Shown: one piece after another, positions 11,092 through 21,186 of the stretch
How positions within the stretch are numbered: position 1 is the stretch's first letter
Layout: each line of letters opens with the position of its first letter
From: Oxalobacter sp. OttesenSCG-928-P03
GTDB taxonomy: Bacteria; Pseudomonadota; Gammaproteobacteria; Burkholderiales; Burkholderiaceae_D
Assembly: GCA_030269625.1 (NCBI GenBank)
Contig: JAJDFZ010000001.1
Location: forward strand, 680-64,679
Reading direction: 5' to 3'
Length of the DNA stretch: 64,000 nt
The notes under the pieces: generated by a model
What the model was told of the DNA's origin: nothing
Database searches by the model: none
What the model saw: the letters and a program-made list of their open reading frames with translations, nothing else
Position numbers and translations under genes: made by a program

Positions 11092-12831
11092 ATGAAAAAC
11101 ATGAAAATCGGCGCCCGGCTGACCCTGGGTTTTCTCGTCGTCACTGCCCTCCTCGTCGGTATGGCTGTAGCGGGAGTTTATTCCCTGCGCTCCATGAACA
11201 AGGGCATCCAGGAGATGATGACGCAATCCATCAATGTAGAGCGCCACGCACGGGAATGGGCACGATCCGCCGCTTCGCAGGGCGCCACGGTATGCGCGCT
11301 TTCCTATTCGACCGAACCTGAAATGCTGAAGCGGTTTGTCACCCAGTTTCTCGACTACCGGCAGGTCATCAATAACGAAATGAAATACATCTATGACGCG
11401 CCGATGACCAAGGAAGAAGAGCAGATGCTCAAGGATATCGAGACCAGGCGCAATACCTTTCGCGAAGTCGGGGTTGTCCTGTTCAGGATGAAAAACGTTA
11501 CCCCGACAGGCGAGCTGCTTGGGAATCACCCTCCTTTTGCCGAAGTGAGCGAGCATCTCCTGACAAAAGTCGTTCCGGCCAGGGATGCCTATGTCAGGGC
11601 CGTTGACGCTTTCCGGGATTACAAGATCAAGAATTCCGAAGAACAGGAAGCCATCATGCATACGGAATACAGGCAGGCGCTGACAACCATGATCGTCATT
11701 GCGGTTGTGGCCGCAGTGGTTGCGCTTTTCCTGGCCTGGCGCCTGACAGCCGGCATTACCCGGCCGCTGAACGAAGCCGTGAAGGTGGCAGAAACGGTGG
11801 CATCCGGTGATCTGACCAGCAGGATCGACGTTACCGGCAAGGACGAAACCGGTCAGCTCATGCAGGCGCTCAAAAACATGAATGACTGCCTTTTCGAAGC
11901 CATCTCGCAGGTTCGGCAGAGCGCGGACACCATTGCAACAGCCTCATCCGAAATCGCCTCGGGCAACCAGGATCTGTCTGCCAGGACAGAAGAACAAGCC
12001 AGCTCGCTTGAGCAAACCGCCTCCAGCATGGAAGAGATCACCACCACCGTACGGCAGAACGGTGACAATGCAAGGCAGGCCAACCAGCTTGCTTCCCAGG
12101 CAGCCGATGTGGCAACCCGTGGCGGTGAGGCAGCAGGCCAGGTTGCTAACACCATGAGCGATATCGCCGATGCGTCCAACAAGATCGTTGACATCATCAG
12201 CGTGATTGACGGCATTGCATTCCAGACCAACATCCTGGCACTGAATGCGGCGGTGGAAGCCGCCCGTGCAGGCGAACAGGGGCGAGGTTTTGCCGTGGTG
12301 GCTACCGAGGTGCGAAGCCTTGCGCAAAGAAGTGCGACAGCGGCCCGCGAGATCAAGGACCTGATCGACGATTCGGTCAGCAAAGTCTCGACCGGTACCG
12401 AACTGGTGAACAATGCCGTGGCAACCATGCTGGAGATCGGCGAAAGCATCAACCGCGTGAACGACATCATGAATGAAATCACGATGGCGACGCAGGAACA
12501 GGTGCAGGGTATTGAACAGGTCAACCAGGCAGTGGGAGAAATGGATACCACGGCACAGCAGAATGCGGCGCTCGTCGAGGAAGCGGCGGCAGCCGCAGAG
12601 AGCCTGCAGGATCAGGCCCGGACACTTGTGGGGGTTGTCAACCTGTTCAATCTGGGCACAGGGCGCATGCATACTGACACCCCTCCCCCCCGCAAAAAAG
12701 AGGCATTATCCAGGCCGGGAAAAGCGGTAAAATCCGCAAAACGCCTGAACCCGCCAGGCAAAACAGAATCATCGTCAGATGCCATTCCCCAGGGTTCGCC
12801 GGATGACACGGAAAACTGGGAAGAATTCTGA
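11092..12831 (+). CDS. methyl-accepting chemotaxis protein (periplasmic sensor, HAMP, MA domain)
   Basis: two TM segments, [31 protein letters not shown]-terminal pentapeptide NWEEF; start reassigned to MKNMKIG with RBS GGAG. Confidence 0.95.
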   Translation: MKNMKIGARLTLGFLVVTALLVGMAVAGVYSLRSMNKGIQEMMTQSINVERHAREWARSAASQGATVCALSYSTEPEMLKRFVTQFLDYRQVINNEMKYIYDAPMTKEEEQMLKDIETRRNTFREVGVVLFRMKNVTPTGELLGNHPPFAEVSEHLLTKVVPARDAYVRAVDAFRDYKIKNSEEQEAIMHTEYRQALTTMIVIAVVAAVVALFLAWRLTAGITRPLNEAVKVAETVASGDLTSRIDVTGKDETGQLMQALKNMNDCLFEAISQVRQSADTIATASSEIASGNQDLSARTEEQASSLEQTASSMEEITTTVRQNGDNARQANQLASQAADVATRGGEAAGQVANTMSDIADASNKIVDIISVIDGIAFQTNILALNAAVEAARAGEQGRGFAVVATEVRSLAQRSATAAREIKDLIDDSVSKVSTGTELVNNAVATMLEIGESINRVNDIMNEITMATQEQVQGIEQVNQAVGEMDTTAQQNAALVEEAAAAAESLQDQARTLVGVVNLFNLGTGRMHTDTPPPRKKEALSRPGKAVKSAKRLNPPGKTESSSDAIPQGSPDDTENWEEF

Positions 12832-12848
12832 TACCCTTGCGGCAGGAC

Positions 12849-12882
12849 AAGGCCGCCAGCGATGTCACTGGCGGCCTTTTTT
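12849..12882 (+). terminator. intrinsic terminator
   Basis: AAGGCCGCCAG...CTGGCGGCC-TTTTTT. Confidence 0.8.
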
Positions 12883-13093
12883 CGGCACATCACACCCCAA
12901 AACTCTCGATAAACAACATCAAATAACGATTTCAGTATACTGTTTTAAAATGGTTTTTGGTGCAGGGTTCCTTGCGTTCTATTTCCTTTTTGATGAATAG
13001 GGCGAAAAACCCCCCTTTGTTTGGCGCTTATAAAAAACGGTTATCCCGTTAGGATAAACAATAAGAAACAGTAACTGACATCAGGGCAATACC

Positions 13094-13513
13094 ATGAGCA
13101 TAAATCCACTGACCAAAGACATCCAGTTTGGCGTTGCGTCCCCGGCTTACCAGAGCCGGAGTGCCGGAACCGATTTCGAGGACATCATCCTCCAGATCAA
13201 GTCGGAACTGGAAGCGGCCCAAATGGCGTATACACAAAATCTTCTGTCATCCGCCAGCCAGTCGTCAAAAAGAAAATATCCCACAACGGAAGAAGCGGAT
13301 CTTCTGCCTCTTTCCTCTCTGTTCAAGATGGATGATACGGAATTTTCACTGCTGGACGAGCTGTTGATGACAGCGCTTGAGGAGACCCGGCTGGCTGCCC
13401 GGCAAGAGAGGACGGGAACGGGAGAGGACAGCATCGAGTCGCAGGTAAGCGACCGTTACAAGATGGACATTTCCAAACTGGGTAAAGTACTCAGGCACAT
13501 GGGCCAGACGTGA
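13094..13513 (+). CDS. hypothetical protein, 139 aa
   Basis: ORF in otherwise empty space; Ser/Thr-rich N-terminus MSINPLT, helical acidic body. Confidence 0.6.
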   Translation: MSINPLTKDIQFGVASPAYQSRSAGTDFEDIILQIKSELEAAQMAYTQNLLSSASQSSKRKYPTTEEADLLPLSSLFKMDDTEFSLLDELLMTALEETRLAARQERTGTGEDSIESQVSDRYKMDISKLGKVLRHMGQT

Positions 13514-13537
13514 CAGGACAATAGTTGGTAACACATC

Positions 13538-13837
13538 ATGAAACGCCGTCTCCCGTCAGAAAAGAACGGCGTGACCTTTGCTTTTCCTGTCCATCAGGAA
13601 AAGGAATCGGGTTGCGCTGTTTTTGAAAAAATCATGGAAGGACAGCCGCTCAGGCTGCCTCCCGGCCGATTGATGCCCCCGGGTTTTTCGCCGCAAAAAA
13701 AACCGGCGCGCAGGGATGATGCCAGTGCGGCAGCATCGCCACGGTTCAAAACAGACCTGGCTGAAGCCGACAGGCTGGTACAGCGCGCACTGGATGCCGC
13801 CAGGCGGGCAGCCATGGAAAGCCTCAACAAAAGCTGA
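13538..13837 (+). CDS. hypothetical protein, 99 aa
   Basis: follows the previous ORF by 24 nt; helical C-terminus. Confidence 0.5.
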   Translation: MKRRLPSEKNGVTFAFPVHQEKESGCAVFEKIMEGQPLRLPPGRLMPPGFSPQKKPARRDDASAAASPRFKTDLAEADRLVQRALDAARRAAMESLNKS

Positions 13838-13846
13838 ATACGCTTT

Positions 13847-14671
13847 TCAGGCTGTGGTATCAATACTCCGGATATAAAGATCATCCCTGCCAAAGCGAAA
13901 AACCGTATCCAGGCTCCCTACGTCCGGAATACTGTCGTAGCCGGCATCAAGCAGGCGGTTGACGGCATCCAGCACAGAGATTGCCACGCTGTATCGCTGT
14001 TTTTCCTCGTCAGTTGAGGGAGCAAGGGAATATTCGCCGTTAAAAATCCAGGAAAGCGCTTCAGGGAAACCGGCAATATTCCCCTCATCTGTGCGGTACA
14101 GGCTGGAAAAATCCAGTTCCTCGCCTGTCTGGCTCCTGACAATACCGGCAGCCCGGTACTTGAGATCAATAAGGCTGGCCCGGTTTTCCGCTTCCTCAAA
14201 CGATCCGGCAGAGCGCGCATAATTCGAATGAATGTAAAAAGCACGGTCATGGAGGTTCTTTGTCACCGTTTCTGAGGGAGCCTTGCCGGTCAGGCTGACC
14301 TTGTTTGCCGTATTCATTTCCTTTTCCAGCGCGGCAGCCTGATCCGGGTCTTTCAGCCCGCTGACCCGGATCAGGTTGTCCGGGCCAATGGACAGTTCCA
14401 CGGTTTCATCTTCGCGCAACTCAATGCCAAGCCTGGACATGCTGGAAGCCAGCTTGCCCTTGAGACTGTCTTCATAATCCTCCAGGCTCCCGGGTACCGT
14501 ACCCGTGTTTTCCCCGCGCATGAGCGCTTCCAGAAGGCTGCCTGCCCTTGGCTTCAGCGACTGGTTGGCGTGGTGGTCATAAACAACGGCATCCGACTTC
14601 GGAATGGCCGGTCTTTCCTTCATTTCTGTATTAAGCCCGGGAAAGGTTGAATACAGGTTATTGATTTTCAT
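13847..14671 (-). CDS. hypothetical protein, DUF4885-like
   Basis: LGIELREDETVELSIGPDNLIRVSG...AAALEKEMN segment; no Sec signal; ends RSIDTTA; RBS AGGA. Confidence 0.65.
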   Translation of the reverse strand: MKINNLYSTFPGLNTEMKERPAIPKSDAVVYDHHANQSLKPRAGSLLEALMRGENTGTVPGSLEDYEDSLKGKLASSMSRLGIELREDETVELSIGPDNLIRVSGLKDPDQAAALEKEMNTANKVSLTGKAPSETVTKNLHDRAFYIHSNYARSAGSFEEAENRASLIDLKYRAAGIVRSQTGEELDFSSLYRTDEGNIAGFPEALSWIFNGEYSLAPSTDEEKQRYSVAISVLDAVNRLLDAGYDSIPDVGSLDTVFRFGRDDLYIRSIDTTA

Positions 14672-14707
14672 GTTGATTCCTGCCAGTAAATGCTCCTGTA
14701 CCCTTTT

Positions 14708-14734
14708 ATTACGGCATATCCTGGCTTAACTTGA
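14708..14734 (-). promoter_or_regulatory. sigma-28 (FliA)-type promoter
   Basis: TCAAGTTA-N11-GCCGTAAT on minus strand, upstream of the ATG at 14671. Confidence 0.6.
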
Positions 14735-14761
14735 AAATGATCCGGCGCACCCCTGTCCCTG

Positions 14762-15325
14762 TCACGTATCGCCTGGCGCAGGCTGTGCGCTTTTTTCCAT
14801 GAAGCGGTGAATGCGCTCATAGTTTTCATCCACCAGCCTGGCCGGTTCAGCGCCGCCAACCAGCACCTTTGGCAAAAGATCCAGGCGCTCGAGAATATCC
14901 TTCCCTTCATCCGTTTCGCAGGCGGCCGGTGTCTTGCAGTATGCCCGGAACTTTTCCGCTTCTTTCAGGAGCTCTTCCGGCCGGTGGCTCATCCATAGCG
15001 AATTGTTGCCAAGGCCGTCTCCCCCGGCCAGGAGATCGTCAGCCAGAACGATTACCCTGTCGATAATCGCGCACATCCTGTCCAGGTAAACCTGGCCTTT
15101 GGCCCTGTCTTTCTGGTATTCCGCGTAAAGTGTGGAAAAATCACGCCCGACTTCCGATCCCAGCTGCATGTACTCGGTGAGTTTTCCCTGCCCCTGCAGG
15201 GCATGCATCCTGAAATAGAGGGCTTTTTCCTTCCTGAAGTTCAGCTCTTCTTCTGTGCATGCCGCCTGCGCCATGGCTGGCAGACCGAACGCCATCATCA
15301 GGCAAAAAAGGAGTCGTTTTTTCAT
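14762..15325 (-). CDS. exported hypothetical protein
   Basis: Sec signal MKKRLLFCLMMAFGLPAMAQA; four Cys in the mature part. Confidence 0.75.
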   Translation of the reverse strand: MKKRLLFCLMMAFGLPAMAQAACTEEELNFRKEKALYFRMHALQGQGKLTEYMQLGSEVGRDFSTLYAEYQKDRAKGQVYLDRMCAIIDRVIVLADDLLAGGDGLGNNSLWMSHRPEELLKEAEKFRAYCKTPAACETDEGKDILERLDLLPKVLVGGAEPARLVDENYERIHRFMEKSAQPAPGDT

Positions 15326-15343
15326 GGCCGGTTCCTGTTCCTG

Positions 15344-15370
15344 TTATCGGTATGACAATCACTTTTCTTA
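15344..15370 (-). promoter_or_regulatory. possible sigma-28 promoter
   Basis: TAAGAAAA-N11-ACCGATAA on minus strand. Confidence 0.45.
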
Positions 15371-15396
15371 CCATACCATTATCGGATGTCGATACG

Positions 15397-16920
15397 CTAG
15401 TGTCCGGCGCTGGTATCAATCTTCGAGCCCGGCCTGGGCACAAGACAAACGGCAAAAGCCGCAATAAACATGAGAACGCTGATCGTCATCATGATCTCAT
15501 TGGTTGCAAGCATGATACTCTGGGAGGTGACTGAATTATTTAAAAGCGCTCGCCCCATTTCCTGTGACATGCCCGATTCGGCCAGTTGGCGGAAATATTC
15601 GTTGGCGGGATCCAGTAATCCGGACAGTTCGGCATGCAGATAATTGGCTTTGTCTTCCCATTTCGTGGTGACGATTGAAGTCGCGATAGCGCCTGCCAGC
15701 GTACGCACGAAACTCATGAGTCCCGCTGCCGATGCGGTTTCATTTTCATCGACGCTTGCCAGCGCCAGCCCGGTCAGCGGGACAAAGAAGAAAGGCATCC
15801 CCATACCCAGAAACATGATCGGGACAACAATCCACCAGTAACTCACATCCGTATTGTAAAAAGAGCGGGAAAAAGCAATGATGGCCATCCAGGTCACACC
15901 CAGAAAAACCAGCTTGCGCGGGTCAACGCGCCTCGAAAGCATGCCCACTATGGGGACTATCATGAAAGAAGCCACCCCACCCCAAGCCGTGGTTTTGCCG
16001 GACCAGGTGGGGGTATATCCCATATAGTTCTGCAACCAGAGCGGTGTCATCACATTCTGACCAAAGTGACAGCCAAAAGCCAGCGCTATCGTGAAAAGAC
16101 AGGCGGAATACCCTCGATGGCGAAATACCCGAAGGTTGACGATGGGATGTTCCTCATTCAACTCCCATATCAGGAACGCACAAAAACCGATGGCTGCGAT
16201 AATCGCCAGTGCCACGATGTAATTGGAAGAAAACCAGTCCAGATCCTTGCCTTCATCAAGCATCAGTTGCAGCGCGCCAACCCAGATAATGAGAAGAACC
16301 AGGCCCACCACATCAATGGGTGCGCGCTCCGTGTTCCGGGGATAACGTCCCAGCACCTGCCAGACAATCCAGCTGCAGACAATGGCCAGCGGCACATTGA
16401 TGAGAAAAATCCAGTGCCATGAATAGTTGTCACAAAGCCACCCACCCAACAGCGGGCCCATGACAGGCGCAATCACCGTGGTCATCGCCCACAGGGTGGT
16501 TGCCGTCATGGCTTTTTCCCGGGGGAAGATGCGCAAAAGCAGCGTCTGGGTCAGCGGCATCATGGGGCCGCCCGCCAGCCCCTGGAGCACCCGTGCACCA
16601 ACCAGCAATCCCAGTGAATTGGCCAGGCCGCACATGGCGGAAAAAACGCCGAAGAGGAACATGGCGACCGTAAACGAGCGGACAGAGCCAAAACGCGCCG
16701 CCAGCCAGCCGGTAAGGGGAACAATGATCGCTTCTGCCACCGCATAGGAGGTAATCACCCAGGTACCCTGGCTGGTGCTGGCACCCAGCCCGCCGGCAAT
16801 ACTCGTTACCGACACATTGGCAATCGTCATGTCCAAAACCGCAATGAAATTGGCCATGGAAAGCAGGATGGCCATCATCCACAGCTTTTTTCCCTCGAAT
16901 GGCTTGTCCAGGATTGGCAT
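15397..16920 (-). CDS. emrB: DHA2 family MFS efflux permease (EmrB)
   Basis: LDMTIANV, GTWVITSY, GPLLGGWLCDNYSWHWIFLINVP; highly hydrophobic. Confidence 0.92.
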   Translation of the reverse strand: MPILDKPFEGKKLWMMAILLSMANFIAVLDMTIANVSVTSIAGGLGASTSQGTWVITSYAVAEAIIVPLTGWLAARFGSVRSFTVAMFLFGVFSAMCGLANSLGLLVGARVLQGLAGGPMMPLTQTLLLRIFPREKAMTATTLWAMTTVIAPVMGPLLGGWLCDNYSWHWIFLINVPLAIVCSWIVWQVLGRYPRNTERAPIDVVGLVLLIIWVGALQLMLDEGKDLDWFSSNYIVALAIIAAIGFCAFLIWELNEEHPIVNLRVFRHRGYSACLFTIALAFGCHFGQNVMTPLWLQNYMGYTPTWSGKTTAWGGVASFMIVPIVGMLSRRVDPRKLVFLGVTWMAIIAFSRSFYNTDVSYWWIVVPIMFLGMGMPFFFVPLTGLALASVDENETASAAGLMSFVRTLAGAIATSIVTTKWEDKANYLHAELSGLLDPANEYFRQLAESGMSQEMGRALLNNSVTSQSIMLATNEIMMTISVLMFIAAFAVCLVPRPGSKIDTSAGH

Positions 16921-16948
16921 AAGCTTGATTGCCCTGTCAGATCGCCCG

Positions 16949-17920
16949 TTATTTCAGGTCGCGTGTATCGACTGTTACCGTCATGGAAAGCCCGACCGAC
17001 AGCGGATTGGCTTTCAGTTCTTCCGGATCAAGGCGGATACGCACCGGCAGGCGCTGGACCACCTTGATCCAGTTTCCGGTGGCATTCTGCGCCGGGATGA
17101 TGGCAAATGCCGAGCCGGTTCCCCCGGCAAAGCCTTCAACCGTCCCCTTGTAAATAACCGACTTCCCGTAAAGGTCGGCATAGAGTTCGGCTTTTTGCCC
17201 GGAACGGACACGCTCGAGCTGTCCTTCCTTGAAATTGGCATCCACATGCATCTCATGAACCGGAACAACAGAAAGCAGTACGGCACCGGCTTCCACGCGT
17301 TGCCCGACCTGCACCGTGCGCTTCGCAATCACTCCATCCACGGGAGCCCGTACCGTTGTGCGTCCCAGGTCAACCTCGGCCTGATCCACCCGGGCTTTTG
17401 CCTGCTCGATGGCCGCCTTTGCCGCCTCGATGGTCGCCTTGCCGGAAGAATAGGCATTCTGCGCCCTTGTCAGTTCATCCCCGGAAACCGACCCGTCACT
17501 CACGAGGGCGCGGCGGCGCTTCAAATCAATCTTTGCCCGGGCGTAGTCTGATTCGGCAACCGCCAGCTGGGCCACGGCATGTTCCCTGTCAGCCCTGGCC
17601 TGCGCCAGCGCCAGCCTCGCATCCACATCATCAATGACCACCAGGATATCTCCCGCCTTCACACTCTGGGTATCCACTACCCTCACCTCCTGGACCGTTC
17701 CGCCGGTGGAAGGGGTGACCTGCGCCACTTCGACCGCCGTGTACGCATTATCCGTCTCGACAAAATACGATCCCCAGAAAAACCAGTAGATGCCCCAGGC
17801 AATGGCACAGGCAGCGACAACGCAGCCCAGCAGCATGAACCCTTTTTTGCGGCGCACATCAGCCGGTTTTTCAAATTTTGCAGGTTTGTCTGATGGTTGT
17901 GTCATTCTTGCATCCTTCAT
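16949..17920 (-). CDS. emrA: HlyD-family membrane fusion protein (EmrA)
   Basis: ETDNAY, VDANFKEGQL, GTGSAFAIIPAQNATGNWIKVVQRLPVRI. Confidence 0.93.
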   Translation of the reverse strand: MKDARMTQPSDKPAKFEKPADVRRKKGFMLLGCVVAACAIAWGIYWFFWGSYFVETDNAYTAVEVAQVTPSTGGTVQEVRVVDTQSVKAGDILVVIDDVDARLALAQARADREHAVAQLAVAESDYARAKIDLKRRRALVSDGSVSGDELTRAQNAYSSGKATIEAAKAAIEQAKARVDQAEVDLGRTTVRAPVDGVIAKRTVQVGQRVEAGAVLLSVVPVHEMHVDANFKEGQLERVRSGQKAELYADLYGKSVIYKGTVEGFAGGTGSAFAIIPAQNATGNWIKVVQRLPVRIRLDPEELKANPLSVGLSMTVTVDTRDLK

Positions 17921-19380
17921 TCCTTGTTTTCTGCCGGCACGGTATACCCCCCGCCCAGCGCCTTGATCAGGGCAACATCCAGCGTGAACGAGCGTGAGAG
18001 CAGATCGCTTTGCGCGCGCATGTTCGTCAGGAGCGTTTCTTCCGCCGCCAGCACTTCGATGTAATTGGAAAGCCCGCCGTTATAGCGGTTGTTCACGATA
18101 CGGTGCGCTTCCCGCGCCGCATCCACTGCCTCGTTGATCTTGACAATCTGCCTGCCGAGCGCCTGCTGGCTGGCGGCGGCATCCGCCACCTGCTGCAGGG
18201 CCTCCGTTACCGTCAGGTTGTAATTGCCAATGGCCTCTTCCAGTTCGGCCTGCGCCACAAAGAGCTGTGAGCGCAGGCGGCCGCCATTGAAAATCGGCAG
18301 CGAGATGGCCGGGCCGGCTGCACCGAAATCCGAACCCGAGCTGACCAGGTGATTGAGTCCCAGCGACTGAAAGCCGATAAATGCCGTGAGATTGACGTTG
18401 GGATAAAACTCGGCCTTTCGCTGCTCAATCGTGCTCGCTGATGATTCCACCCGCTTTCTGGCTGCCACGATATCAGGCCTGCGCCCCAAAAGCGCAAGCT
18501 GCATCTCTTCAGGTATGCCGAATCCCTTCACCTTCAGGCTCGGACGTGTGATGGAAAGCCCCCTGTCCGGCCCGGCGCCGATCAGGGCCGCCAGCCGGTT
18601 TCTTTGCAGGGAAATCATTTCCTCCAGTTCCAGCAGTTCTTCTTCCGCCGCTGCCAGGCGGGCTTCTTCCTGCCTGACACTTGCCATTGTTTCCATGCCT
18701 TCTTTGAAGCGGTTCCTGAAAAGCGTGAGATTTTTCGATCGCACAGCCACCGCAGCGGATACCGTGTCGTGCGCGGCAAACAGGCGGGCCAGTTCACCAT
18801 ACTCCGATGCAATCGATGTCGTCAGCACCAGTTCGGCCTCGGCCCTTTCCGCCTCGGCGGCCTCGGCTGCCGATGTGGCAGCGGCATAAGCGGCCCGGTT
18901 TTTACCCCAGAAATCGATTTCCCAGCTGAAATCCAGGGTTGCCTGGCCATAATCGCGCCACCCGCGCTTGGCATTCCGCCCCATGATGTGTTTGTAGCTC
19001 TGCTTTTCCATCGAGACGGAGGCATTGGCATCCACATCCGGATAAAGCGCTGACTCTGCCAGCCCGGCCATGGCAACCGCCCGGCGAAGCCGCGCTTCGG
19101 CAATCGTCATGTTCGGGGAACCGGCCAGCCCTTCCTCAATCAGGGTTGCCAGCTGGGGGTCGCCATACGCCTCCCACCATTGATCTTCAGGCCAGCCGGG
19201 TTGTGTTCCTTTCAGGGTTTGATCCCCCTGGTATGCTTCGACCGGCTTCATTTCGGCATGGCTTTCCAGTTCCGGCATCCAGGCGCAACCCGCAAGAAAA
19301 CCGGCGATCAGCGCCACCAGGGAATGCCGCAATAAACGGTGTCCCGGGCGAAGACATAAAAAAAGATTTGTTTCTGCCAT
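17917..19380 (-). CDS. outer membrane efflux lipoprotein (NodT/OMF family)
   Basis: lipobox LAGC, WWEAYGDPQL, SWEIDFWG, RRPDI, LIKALGGG. Confidence 0.92.
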   Translation of the reverse strand: MAETNLFLCLRPGHRLLRHSLVALIAGFLAGCAWMPELESHAEMKPVEAYQGDQTLKGTQPGWPEDQWWEAYGDPQLATLIEEGLAGSPNMTIAEARLRRAVAMAGLAESALYPDVDANASVSMEKQSYKHIMGRNAKRGWRDYGQATLDFSWEIDFWGKNRAAYAAATSAAEAAEAERAEAELVLTTSIASEYGELARLFAAHDTVSAAVAVRSKNLTLFRNRFKEGMETMASVRQEEARLAAAEEELLELEEMISLQRNRLAALIGAGPDRGLSITRPSLKVKGFGIPEEMQLALLGRRPDIVAARKRVESSASTIEQRKAEFYPNVNLTAFIGFQSLGLNHLVSSGSDFGAAGPAISLPIFNGGRLRSQLFVAQAELEEAIGNYNLTVTEALQQVADAAASQQALGRQIVKINEAVDAAREAHRIVNNRYNGGLSNYIEVLAAEETLLTNMRAQSDLLSRSFTLDVALIKALGGGYTVPAENKE

Positions 19381-19400
19381 GTTTTTTTATAAAATTGGAC

Positions 19401-19416
19401 TGTACTGTACGGTACA
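19401..19416. promoter_or_regulatory. probable TetR operator between the divergent OMF and tetR genes
   Basis: near-palindrome TGTACTGTACGGTACA. Confidence 0.6.
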
Positions 19417-19472
19417 ATAATACCTCAAATAACATACAGTCAAGTATGTTTTCATCCAGTTTTCGGGCAGAT

Positions 19473-20144
19473 ATGACCAGCAAAACGCGAAGCAGAAAAA
19501 GACAGGCCATCCTGGACACGGCGGTACAGGTCTTCAGGGAAATGGGCTTTCACAACGCGTCCATGAACATCATTGCGGCGCGCGTGGGCGGCTCAAAATC
19601 CACGCTGTATAACCACTTTCCCTCAAAGGAAGCGATATTTCTGGAAATCGTCCGCAATATTGCCCAGATCCAGACGCTTGAAATGAGCCCGATGATTGAT
19701 CCCAACATGACCGTACTCACGGAAGATACCCGCAGCCGTGTCCATGCGCTTTTCCAGGCCCTGCAGGAGCCGCCCGGCGATGTCCGGACCACCCTGCTCT
19801 TTTACGGTGAAAATTTCATCAGCTTTCTCTATACGCCGGAAATCCTGGCTATCCGCCGCCTGCTTTTTGCCGAGTCCCGGCAGTCGGAAATCGGCAGGGT
19901 TTATTATGAAAACGGGCCGAAAAGATCCCTGATGCGGCTTGCCGCCTATCTTGAAAATGCCATGGCAGCCGGTCAGCTGAAAAAGGCGGATACACTCGTT
20001 GCGGCAGCCCAGTTTCGCAGCCTCCTGGAAGCGGAGTGCCACGAGTATTATCTGCTGGATGTAGAAAACCCGCTTCCCGCCGGGCGCATCAGGCAAATGG
20101 TTGAAGCGGCCGTTGATGTTTTCATGGCTGCTTACGGGAAATGA
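19473..20144 (+). CDS. TetR/AcrR family regulator
   Basis: ILDTAVQVFREMGF...GGSKSTLYNHFPSKE; start reassigned to 19473. Confidence 0.9.
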   Translation: MTSKTRSRKRQAILDTAVQVFREMGFHNASMNIIAARVGGSKSTLYNHFPSKEAIFLEIVRNIAQIQTLEMSPMIDPNMTVLTEDTRSRVHALFQALQEPPGDVRTTLLFYGENFISFLYTPEILAIRRLLFAESRQSEIGRVYYENGPKRSLMRLAAYLENAMAAGQLKKADTLVAAAQFRSLLEAECHEYYLLDVENPLPAGRIRQMVEAAVDVFMAAYGK

Positions 20145-20150
20145 TTTCCC

Positions 20151-20729
20151 TTATTTGAGCCTGAGACGGTAAGCCAGCCAGCCCGGTATTTCCCGCAGCA
20201 GCGAATAAACCTCCCGCCATTCCCGGTAATCCGCATGGGCCGTCCCGACCTTTTCCACGCCCTCCGATTCCAGCGCGATCCGGCAGCGCGGCAGATGAAA
20301 ATACTGGCTGATGGCAATGACACTCGTCAACCCGCGCGCCTTCAGGTACGCCGCCGTGAAAACCGCGGTCCGGCGGGTATCCACACCGGAAGTATCCACG
20401 ATAATATCTTTGGCCGGCACCCCCTGCCTGACCAGGTAGTCCCGCATGGCTGGCGCTTCTTCCCTTTGGTTTTTCCCTTTTCCGCCGCTGGCAATGATGA
20501 GCGGGATCACGCCTTTTTTGTACAGTTCGGCAGCCTTGTCCAGACGCGACGCCAGACGCGGTGATGGCGTGCCGTCCGCATAGACATGGTTGCCCAGGAC
20601 CACACCGGCATCCGCCCTGAAAATACGGTCATTGAACCCCGCATGGGCAATCATGCCGACAGCAGCCGCAACCACGGCAAACAACGCAATGACAACGGCC
20701 AGGGCTATTCTGGTTTTACCTCGGTTCAT
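20151..20729 (-). CDS. YdcF/SanA (DUF218) family protein
   Basis: VVLG, RLDKA, ASGG, EAPAMRDYL, SQYFHLPR, REIP. Confidence 0.88.
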   Translation of the reverse strand: MNRGKTRIALAVVIALFAVVAAAVGMIAHAGFNDRIFRADAGVVLGNHVYADGTPSPRLASRLDKAAELYKKGVIPLIIASGGKGKNQREEAPAMRDYLVRQGVPAKDIIVDTSGVDTRRTAVFTAAYLKARGLTSVIAISQYFHLPRCRIALESEGVEKVGTAHADYREWREVYSLLREIPGWLAYRLRLK

Positions 20730-20902
20730 AGACAGGCTGGGGGTTGATGCAGGTCTCTGCAGGAATGCCGGGACAGGAGTAGAATTATAAACAGGAAAGT
20801 CACTTTCGAACCGGATTCAGCCGGGCAGACAGTATGTCCGGATGATTTTCCGGACGGAAGATGAAACCAGGAATAAAAGCGTAAGCAATAAAGGAAAGTA
20901 TC

Positions 20903-20983
20903 ATGCGCAAGTATCATTTACCCCTGTTAATTCTTCTTTTCGGCATTTCTTTTGCCACCATCAATACGTTTACTTCCATGTAA
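20903..20983 (+). CDS. small hydrophobic peptide, 26 aa (MRKYHLPLLILLFGISFATINTFTSM)
   Basis: RBS AAGGAAAG, single TM-like stretch, downstream terminator; below the ORF track cutoff. Confidence 0.55.
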   Translation: MRKYHLPLLILLFGISFATINTFTSM

Positions 20984-21025
20984 GCCGCACACCGCTGTTT
21001 ACATCAGGCAGCAACAAGGAAGAAC

Positions 21026-21057
21026 AAGCCTGTCAGGACATCCCTGGCAGGCTTTTT
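21026..21057 (+). terminator. intrinsic terminator after the sORF
   Basis: AAGCCTGTCAGG...CCTGGCAGGC-TTTTT. Confidence 0.65.
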
Positions 21058-21186
21058 GCATTCCTGCCCGGCAAACGCATTCCCTGCGCCGTTCATGTAT
21101 ATTCTGCTATGGTAGCGTTTTACCGGATCAGGGACAGTCATGCCATGAAAGAGAACTATCCCTGCAACAACCTGAAAGGAAAATGT

